In this document: positions 55,952-64,000 of the stretch, one piece after another
How the letters are laid out: each line of letters starts with the position of its first letter
Numbering within the stretch: position 1 is the first letter of the stretch
From: Thraustochytrium aureum
Lineage: Eukaryota
Assembly: GCA_012862495.1 (NCBI GenBank)
Contig: BLSG01000081.1
Coordinates: forward strand, 45,186-109,185
Direction of reading: 5' to 3'
Length of the DNA stretch: 64,000 nucleotides
The notes under the pieces: generated by a model
What the model was told of the DNA's origin: nothing
The model's database searches: none
What the model saw: the letters and a program-made list of their open reading frames with translations, nothing else
Translations under genes and position numbers: made by a program

Positions 55952-56871
55952 TCAGTTGGCACGATCAGCCGCATCAGCGCCCCGCTCGGAGGCGGCCGAG
56001 CTGTCCTTTGACAAAGAGGGCTTGCCGCCTGCCGAACCACTGGCGTCCACCTCCTCTGGTTCTGGGTCTGCCGAGGCTGCCGCCTCGAAGCGCGACGCGA
56101 CGACGCTGTCGATGAGGATCTGCATGAGGTGTGACACAATTACCGGAATGGCGATGAGGCCCGCCGCGCCGACGACGCCGGCTGGGAAGAACTCGAGGAC
56201 GGTCATGGCGACCGGTAGGGTCTTTTGAGACGCGACGATCACGACAGCAGCCTTCTCTGGGAGATCGAGTCGGAGCACGTAGGTCGCTCCGACATAGTTG
56301 ATGGCCAAGAAGAGCACGTGCACGGCGATGCCGAGCAGCCACATCAGCACGAAGGAGACGCCGTCCACATTTCGAAACGACTCTGCGCTCTCAGATACCT
56401 TCATCCAAGGAATCAGCGCAAGCAAAACGGACGACAGGAGCTTCAACTCCAGTCCCCAGTCCTTGGAAAAGTCGCGCACCGCCTGGAAAGCCCCGCGCAG
56501 CGCCTTGCCGATGGCCAGCGGGACGAGAATCGTAAAGACGAGCTTGAGGATCATTGGGACGGCCTCGAGGTCGATCTCGACGGCGGTGCCCGAGGCCCGT
56601 TCCGCGGCTCGTCGAAGGAAGATGTCGAGAAACGTGGTAACGAAGATCGGCGCAGTGAAGACGCCAAAGACATTGGTAAGCACAGTGAGCATTAGCGCCA
56701 ACGCGACGTTCCCCTTTGCCTGGGCGGCGATAATGGGCCCAGAGCTCAGAGTCGTGGGCATTGCGAAGAAGAGCGCCAGCCCGATCGCAAACTCTGGCGT
56801 CGCAAACTCGATCGTCACCAGGGCGAAACTGATGAGCGGCGTGACGAAAAGGATCATCACGACCCCGAACA
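55952..56871 (-). CDS. Sodium/bile-acid symporter-like (SBF_like, BASS4-type) transporter; 5' end in gap
   Basis: FFAMPTTLSSG...AKGNVALALMLTVLTNVFGVFTAP, IPWMKVS, VASQKTLPVA, H..QILID. Confidence 0.88.
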
Positions 56872-57763
56872 NNNNNNNNNNNNNNNNNNNNNNNNNNNNN
56901 NNNNNNNNNNNNNNNNNNNNNNNNNNNNNNNNNNNNNNNNNNNNNNNNNNNNNNNNNNNNNNNNNNNNNNNNNNNNNNNNNNNNNNNNNNNNNNNNNNNN
57001 NNNNNNNNNNNNNNNNNNNNNNNNNNNNNNNNNNNNNNNNNNNNNNNNNNNNNNNNNNNNNNNNNNNNNNNNNNNNNNNNNNNNNNNNNNNNNNNNNNNN
57101 NNNNNNNNNNNNNNNNNNNNNNNNNNNNNNNNNNNNNNNNNNNNNNNNNNNNNNNNNNNNNNNNNNNNNNNNNNNNNNNNNNNNNNNNNNNNNNNNNNNN
57201 NNNNNNNNNNNNNNNNNNNNNNNNNNNNNNNNNNNNNNNNNNNNNNNNNNNNNNNNNNNNNNNNNNNNNNNNNNNNNNNNNNNNNNNNNNNNNNNNNNNN
57301 NNNNNNNNNNNNNNNNNNNNNNNNNNNNNNNNNNNNNNNNNNNNNNNNNNNNNNNNNNNNNNNNNNNNNNNNNNNNNNNNNNNNNNNNNNNNNNNNNNNN
57401 NNNNNNNNNNNNNNNNNNNNNNNNNNNNNNNNNNNNNNNNNNNNNNNNNNNNNNNNNNNNNNNNNNNNNNNNNNNNNNNNNNNNNNNNNNNNNNNNNNNN
57501 NNNNNNNNNNNNNNNNNNNNNNNNNNNNNNNNNNNNNNNNNNNNNNNNNNNNNNNNNNNNNNNNNNNNNNNNNNNNNNNNNNNNNNNNNNNNNNNNNNNN
57601 NNNNNNNNNNNNNNNNNNNNNNNNNNNNNNNNNNNNNNNNNNNNNNNNNNNNNNNNNNNNNNNNNNNNNNNNNNNNNNNNNNNNNNNNNNNNNNNNNNNN
57701 NNNNNNNNNNNNNNNNNNNNNNNNNNNNNNNNNNNNNNNNNNNNNNNNNNNNNNNNNNNNNNN

Positions 57764-58209
57764 CGCGCCTTGGCCAAAGCCTCCAGTTGGTTGTTGCGCG
57801 CCTTGGCCAAAGCCTCCAGTTGGTTGCTGCGCGCCTTGGCCAAAACCTCCACCTCCAGCCCCTCGACCAGCGTTTCCAAAACCCTGAGCTCGTTGTCCAA
57901 ACCCTGATTGGTCGCCTTGGCTATTTCCTCGACGCCCGCCTCGACCTCTGCTCGCCCCGGCGCCAAACCCGCCTGCAGCTCCTGCGGCCCCGGCGCCAAA
58001 CCCGCCTGCAGCTCCTACGGCCCCAGCGCCAAACCCAGCTTGCGCTCCAGCCCCAAACCCAGCTTGCGTTCCAAACCCGCCTTGTTGCGCTCCAGCGCCA
58101 AACCCGCCTCGTTGCGCCCAGCGCCAAACCCGCCGTTTTGAGCTCCAGCGCCAAACCCGCACCCTGTCCACTCTGTCCAGCCTCTTTATTCTTGCCACGT
58201 CTCCTGCGC

Positions 58210-58240
<31 letters not shown>

Positions 58241-58298
58241 GACCACCACCACCACCAAACGCAGCGGCAGCGCCGGCGCCAAACCCGCCGCCGAACAT
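57764..58298 (-). CDS. GFG/FG-repeat, Gly/Gln-rich protein (nucleoporin-like N-terminus); 3' end in gap; frameshifts at about 58110-58165
   Basis: MFGGGFGAGA start. Repeated GGFGAGAQ and GGFGQGAQQPT units interleaved with RGRGGRR. Confidence 0.7.
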
Positions 58299-58943
58299 GG
58301 CTCCAGGAACAACCCAACCCCACCAAGCCTCCAGGGAGAACGAAACCAATCAAAGGCCTCCCGGGACTCCCGAGACGCCCTGCAAGCGGCCTCCTGGGCT
58401 CTCTGCCTCCGTCTCTGCCGCCCTCCCGGCGCCCGCACGAGCACGGCCCACCGCCGCCGCCTGCGCATCTTCTCTTCTTGCGCCTCGACGACTGCTTCTT
58501 TGTTCCCCCTGTTTCTGACGCAACTGATGAATGGTACCGGTACCGGTACCATCATCAATTTTAAAAATGTTCTTATGTTCTTCCTACGGAACAAAAGTGT
58601 CTTCGTGGGTCTGGGTTGCTTTTGCTGTGAATAATCGATTATTCCTTTTGCGCGTTCCGCAGCGGCAGGCTCTGCAGGCGCGCAGAGCGGAGTGGCGGCG
58701 AGCAGCAGGGGGCGGCGCTGCGTTGGGCTGGCCAGGGGCTCTCTCGTGGGCGCGTCTCCCTGTGCGTCTCCGTCGCGCCTGTNNNNNNNNNNNNNNNNNN
58801 NNCGTAAGATGGGGTGGCTTGCCGAGCGCGGCTGGCTGCCGAGAGCCGCGGGAGCCGGCCGGGGCTTTTGGGCCGCGCGCGCGTGGGACGGTGGGCTTGG
58901 CTTTGCTGGGTGTGTTGCTGACGGCTTGTGCGTGTCGGCAAAG

Positions 58944-59330
58944 GTGAACCGGGTCGGGGCCAACTCTGCGACGTACATCATCCACGGGGAGGGGCACACG
59001 ATTGGCAACGCCGCTCGAAACCAGATGATGAAAGAGTAAGTCGGCGTGCGGCGAGGCCGAGCCGCGCTCTACCCAAAGGGACCTTGAATCTGACCGCTTT
59101 TCGGCTGCGTGCTCGCTCGCAGCCCCGAAGTCGACCTGTGCGGGTACACAGTGCCGCACCCGATGGAGGACGCGATTCGCGTCCGTGTACAAACGAATCC
59201 AGCGAGCTCGAAGAGCTCCACAGAGGCCTTTTGCGAGGGCTTGCAAAAGATCGTCGAAGGCACCGACCACATCGTGTCCTGCTTTGACGCGGCGCTAGAG
59301 GAGTTTGAAATCCGCAACGGGAGAGCATGA
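58944..59330 (+). CDS. POLR1D: RNA polymerase I/III shared subunit AC2 (Rpc19); intron 59036-59122; upstream intron 58804-58943; first exon probably in the 20-nt gap
   Basis: Spliced product ATYIIHGEGHTIGNAARNQMMKD|PEVDLCGYTVPHPMEDAIRVRVQT. GTAAGT/CTGAC/CAG signals are in phase. Confidence 0.88.
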
Positions 59331-59374
59331 AACATAAATTCACTTGATCGATGCGCCTGGCCGCCGGGGCGGGG

Positions 59375-59696
59375 CTAGCTTGCTTGCGCGCGCCTCTTCT
59401 TTGTCGCTCGCGACGTTTTCACGCGGCGGCCGCGCGACGACAGCACAAAGTCTTCGTCCGAGTCCTCGGAGGGCACGTCGTCGCACTCCATGCCCCCTTC
59501 CTCGCGCTGGAGCTTGAGGGCGAGCGCGAGATCGCGCTCCTCTTGGCTCTTGTGCGGTTTTGCGCGCTTCTTCCCACTTGCAGCGGGCTTCTTGGTTTTG
59601 CCCTGGGCTTTGGCGGGCGCGACGAGCTTGGTCTGCTTGACGCGCTTCGCCGGTTTCTTCGCTGGCTGCTTGGCCGCCTTCGTTCGCTTGGTCCCG
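59375..59696 (-). CDS. Lys-rich C-terminal fragment with UIM/MIU-like motif; probably the 3' end of the p1-like gene
   Basis: KPAKKPAK-type basic tract, SQEERDLALALKLQREE and an acidic patch. Same strand as the p1-like gene, and in frame across the estimated gap. Confidence 0.55.
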
Positions 59697-60494
59697 NNNN
59701 NNNNNNNNNNNNNNNNNNNNNNNNNNNNNNNNNNNNNNNNNNNNNNNNNNNNNNNNNNNNNNNNNNNNNNNNNNNNNNNNNNNNNNNNNNNNNNNNNNNN
59801 NNNNNNNNNNNNNNNNNNNNNNNNNNNNNNNNNNNNNNNNNNNNNNNNNNNNNNNNNNNNNNNNNNNNNNNNNNNNNNNNNNNNNNNNNNNNNNNNNNNN
59901 NNNNNNNNNNNNNNNNNNNNNNNNNNNNNNNNNNNNNNNNNNNNNNNNNNNNNNNNNNNNNNNNNNNNNNNNNNNNNNNNNNNNNNNNNNNNNNNNNNNN
60001 NNNNNNNNNNNNNNNNNNNNNNNNNNNNNNNNNNNNNNNNNNNNNNNNNNNNNNNNNNNNNNNNNNNNNNNNNNNNNNNNNNNNNNNNNNNNNNNNNNNN
60101 NNNNNNNNNNNNNNNNNNNNNNNNNNNNNNNNNNNNNNNNNNNNNNNNNNNNNNNNNNNNNNNNNNNNNNNNNNNNNNNNNNNNNNNNNNNNNNNNNNNN
60201 NNNNNNNNNNNNNNNNNNNNNNNNNNNNNNNNNNNNNNNNNNNNNNNNNNNNNNNNNNNNNNNNNNNNNNNNNNNNNNNNNNNNNNNNNNNNNNNNNNNN
60301 NNNNNNNNNNNNNNNNNNNNNNNNNNNNNNNNNNNNNNNNNNNNNNNNNNNNNNNNNNNNNNNNNNNNNNNNNNNNNNNNNNNNNNNNNNNNNNNNNNNN
60401 NNNNNNNNNNNNNNNNNNNNNNNNNNNNNNNNNNNNNNNNNNNNNNNNNNNNNNNNNNNNNNNNNNNNNNNNNNNNNNNNNNNNNNNNNNNNNN

Positions 60495-60816
60495 TGCTGC
60501 CCGATGAGCCGCTGCGTCTGGTTGCTCAGCTGCGCGACGGTCTTGCCTGGGAGGCACCGCGACTCTACAATCCGCGTCCACTTGCCAAGCCCAAACTTCA
60601 TCAACGCGATACGCAGCACCTCCACCTCGCGCTCCGTCCATCCTGCCGCGTGCCACAGCGCCGCGTGGGCAACGACTCTGTCAGCAAGCCCGGTCCGCTC
60701 GACCTCGCGATTTTCGTCCAGCGAAACAGCACAAACTCACCTGGCGAGAGCGTGTAGTTCCACAGGCTCTTGCTGTCGTTGCTGTGAAGCACTTCGGCCT
60801 GCACTGGCGTTGCCAT
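60495..60816 (-). CDS. AMTP1: p1/AMTP1-like Myb/homeodomain-like subunit of the MTA1c/AMT1 DNA N6-adenine methyltransferase complex; intron 60643-60740; continues into gap
   Basis: Spliced: MATPVQAEVLHSNDSKSLWNYTLSP|GWTEREVEVLRIALMKFGLGKWTRIVESRCLPGKTVAQLSNQTQRLIGQ. This matches the ciliate p1 N-terminal signature as recalled (SKSLWNYTLSPGW...FGIGKW...CLPGK...QTQRLLGQQ). The intron GTGAGT..GCTGAC..GCAG is in phase. Confidence 0.8.
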
Positions 60817-61724
60817 GCTCCTCGCTGGCCACGCGCGCGGCCCCGCGCTCCAGCGCAGTCCAGCTCTGGCGCACAAACAGCGCGGCGCCACGCGTCTCGG
60901 CGCGCAAGTTTCAAATTCGAAGCATTGGTTTCGGAGGTTAGGCTCCGGCCCGTTCGGTTAGGGTGCGCCCAGGTCGATATCGTCCGATCCTCCTCGCGCT
61001 GATGGCGTGGACAATCGTGAGGCCTCGCATGTAGCGCGATCAGGAGAGGGCCAGCTTTGCCCGGCTGCGAGCGCGCTTGCCAGCTCTCTCCGCGCTCCAT
61101 GCGTTGGGTGGGCGGTCCTTGCGCTTGTCTGCGGTTGACGCCAACCAACTCCTTGCTGCCGAGAAAAAACCGCGTCCCATCGCTGAGATCTCGCCCGTCT
61201 CCACCTCCCAGGCGATCGCGATGCGCGGTGATTGGAGACGTAGCTCCTTGAAGGTTGGTAGAGTGCCTGCCTGCTGGCTGGCTTGCCGGGGCCGATTCTC
61301 GCTCGAGGCGCACGCCGCTGGCTGCGGAGGCCGGTGCCAGGACGGACGCCCGCCGCACTCGACGGCTTGCGCGACGGGAGCTGAATACTGCTTGCGCCAG
61401 CGCGGCCCTCATCCGTCCAGCCAGGACTGGCACTCCGACAACAGCCTTGGTATGCGCTCAACAGGAGAGCCCTTGTGCACTGGGAGAGCCTGACGAGAGT
61501 GATGTGAAAAGGCCCTGCGCTTCGGGCGTCGTCAGGCCATCGGACGCAGATTTCCGCCACAACGCAAGCAAAACCCACCCATCGGCGAGCAACAGACACC
61601 TTTCCTCTCGTGGTCGTGCGGAGAGCTGCGAGCGAAGCTCTGGGGAGACCAGAACGAACGCGACGGCCAGGCGGTAGCTGGCTCGAGGTAGACAAGCAGG
61701 CGGAGTAAGGCGTGCAAGAGCAAA

Positions 61725-62964
61725 ATGCAGATCGGCGCGATCCACCTGTTGCTGCCGCTCGTGGCAGGCATACTGTACCAATGGATGCAGGTTGAGCCGA
61801 AGATAACCTGGACGCCGGCGCCAGAGCAGACATACCCGCGCTGCCCTGAAGGAACCACTGAGCAGACGCTCATGTTTGGCGCGACTTCCATGCTCGGCCG
61901 GTACATCGTCGAGTCGTACGCGCGGGACAAGTCGATCTGCTTGATCAATTACGGGCGGTCCAAGTGCCCCAAGTGCCACATCAACATCCGCGGCGACCTT
62001 CGCGACACGCGGCACGTGGTGCGCGTCCTCGACGCGTTTGACATCACCACGATTCTCACCTCGGTCAAGCCTCCGCTGATGGGCATCCACTACCGTGACT
62101 ACATCGAACTCAACCTGCTCAGCATGCTCGAGCTGATCAAGGCGGCCAAGGCGGCCAAGGTGCCCAACTTTATCTACGTCAGCTCCATCGCGGCCGCGAG
62201 CCACTACATCCCGCACTACATGGCCACCGAGGACGACCCCAAGCCCCTCTACACCGACTACGAAGCCCCGTACGACGTATCCAAGAGGATCGCGGAGGAC
62301 GCGCTCCTCGAGGCGCACGAAGAGGGCGTCTTTAACGTCGTGTCCGTGCGCACCAGCGGCATCTACGGTGGCGTCGGGGACCCGTACGACTACTTTCGCC
62401 TCCCCTTCATCATCAGCTTTGGCTGCCCGGCAGTCATCGACGCCAACTACGCCGCCAACATCGGCGATGCGCTCTACGTGGTGGACCGCAAGCTCAAGAA
62501 GGACCCCAGCGTTGGCGGCCAGTTTTACTATTACACCGGCGAGCACAACTCGGAGAACACCATCGCGCTGCACGCCGCCGAGGTGTCGGGCAAGCCTCTG
62601 TTCGAGCTTCCGTTCTGGGTCCTCGAGATCGTCATGGAGTGGTGGACGTGGGCGCGCTGGGAGTAAGTTTTTCCGAGTTGCAATTTTTGCTTGCTTGCTG
62701 GTACCCTATGCGAGCGAGGCGCGGGCAGCCGCGGCTCCATTGCACCGTTTTTTGCCAGAGCAGCGCGTTTCCGATGCTAACCCCAAACTCTCGATCGCCT
62801 GCTCGCGACCCAGCCCGAACGTTTACTCCTATCTTGACATGATTCGGATGGCTGTCGTGCAGCAGACGTTCAACAACTCCAAGTTCGAGCGCACCTTTCC
62901 CGAGTTCAAGCCCAAGTACACGATGCTGGATGCAATCACACAGCTGTACGGCCCCAAGCCGTAA
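61725..62964 (+). CDS. Extended SDR, NAD-dependent epimerase / 3-beta-hydroxysteroid dehydrogenase-like; intron 62663-62813
   Basis: N-terminal signal anchor. FGATSMLG, RGDLRD, FIYVSSIA, catalytic YDVSK, RTSGIYG, GQFYY. The intron GTAAGT..GCTAAC..CAG joins WD|PNVYSY. Confidence 0.85.
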
Positions 62965-63152
62965 ACTACCTACTTAGCATTGAAATCGAAATCGAAACGA
63001 AAGCGTCGGCTTCTGCGGGCTGCTCTGCCTCCCTCTTGGCTCCCGTGCGCCCCTTGGCGTCGGCAGCGGCTACGCGCACCGTGCCACCTCTACCCTCGCC
63101 CTTGCGCCCTCCGCGCCCCAGCGCGCGCCCTTGCGCCACCCCACTGGACAGC

Positions 63153-64000
63153 TCATGCGAACGGCGAAACCGTCCAGAGCTTGAACGTTCGGTCGTACGA
63201 GCTTGTCAGCACCGTCTCGCCATCTGCGGAGAGGTCGGCGTCCATGACCAGATGGTCGTGGCCCTCCAGCGTGCGCAAGAGGGCGGCGTCCCCCGTCGAC
63301 CAGACCTTCACCGTGCGATCATAAGATGCAGTCACCAGCGTCCCGCCAAGCAGCGGGCAGAACCGCACCTGGCTGATCAAGGAGAGGTGTCCCGGGATCA
63401 CGTGCAGCACGCGCCGCTTCCGCAGGTCCCACACGCGCGCAGTGTGATCCGCTGAACCGGTGGCAACATGGAAACCGCTAACACTAAAGTCTGCGCAAAG
63501 CACGCCCTCGGCATGGCCCAGAAAGTTCTCCACTGCTTTTCCCGAGCGCAGGTCCCACAGCCGCGCGATGCCGCCGAGGTCGCCGCTTAGCGCAAGAGAC
63601 CCGTCGGGGTGGTTTAGCGCCAGCGCGTACACGGGATACTCGTGCCCTTCTTGCAACAAGATCTCCTTCTCGTGCTCCACGTCCCAGAGCCGCCAGGTCT
63701 GGTCGTAGCTCGACGTGGCCGCCAGGTCTCCCATCGGGTGCCACACCGCCTTGGCGAGGCGCATGGCGTGTCCAGCAAGCGTTCCACAGGCCTCGACCCG
63801 CCCTATTGAATCAGACTCCGCGCCGCCTTGATCCACGTTTCCGGCGCCTTCTAGAGCCATTGCCGCGCTCTCCTCCCGTTCAGCGGCGTTGCCGGAGGCG
63901 ACGCTTTCGCCGATGGCCCACACCTTGGCCGTCCCGTCCGCGGACCCGGTCAATAGGCGCGCATTGTCTGTTGGGCAGTACGCAACGCTCTGGCACCTAT
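63153..64000 (-). CDS. PRPF4: U4/U6 snRNP WD40 protein Prp4 (5' partial)
   Basis: WHPMG...TSSYDQTWRLWDVE...LLQEGH..VY.LA..PDGSL..SG....ARLWDLRSGK; IPGHLSLISQVRF. Confidence 0.9.
   Translation of the reverse strand, partial: RCQSVAYCPTDNARLLTGSADGTAKVWAIGESVASGNAAEREESAAMALEGAGNVDQGGAESDSIGRVEACGTLAGHAMRLAKAVWHPMGDLAATSSYDQTWRLWDVEHEKEILLQEGHEYPVYALALNHPDGSLALSGDLGGIARLWDLRSGKAVENFLGHAEGVLCADFSVSGFHVATGSADHTARVWDLRKRRVLHVIPGHLSLISQVRFCPLLGGTLVTASYDRTVKVWSTGDAALLRTLEGHDHLVMDADLSADGETVLTSSYDRTFKLWTVSPFA

Noticed and set aside
55952..59008. 1018-aa FG-repeat/transporter fusion ORF
   Set aside because: Artefact of reading through N-gaps. The parts are unrelated genes and intergenic DNA.

Overview
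GC-rich, gene-dense, intron-poor eukaryotic nuclear DNA from a gappy draft scaffold with about 19 N-runs. The few introns are short GT-AG introns with CTRAC-type branch points, and GGCA/GGCT/AGAC microsatellites are common. Gene content suggests a heterotrophic stramenopile such as a thraustochytrid/labyrinthulomycete (inference only). Recognisable genes in order: GT4 glycosyltransferase, Vps39/TGFBRAP1-like, two LITAF proteins flanking a tandem-domain sulfotransferase-like protein, ASCC2, an EGF-7TM protein, an LRR-FN3-Cys-rich multi-TM receptor, a vWA-RBR E3 ligase, BMT5-like, XPF/ERCC4, EDRF1, GH3 glucosidase, a secreted beta-helix enzyme, MED6, TMTC, an FBH1/UvrD-like helicase, an ABC1 kinase, an SBF/BASS transporter, a GFG-repeat protein, RPAC2, a p1/AMTP1-like subunit of the eukaryotic 6mA DNA methyltransferase complex, a 3-beta-HSD-like SDR and PRP4. 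About ten genes are split by single-base indels, almost all in homopolymers, most likely sequencing error. Most notable: (1) the intron-split p1/AMTP1 homologue, which the ORF track does not assemble and which implies an ApT-6mA system; (2) the vWA-RBR ligase with a mimivirus R811-like architecture; (3) a higher-order 19-bp minisatellite in a gene-poor island. All family assignments come from motif recognition by eye; no database search was run.
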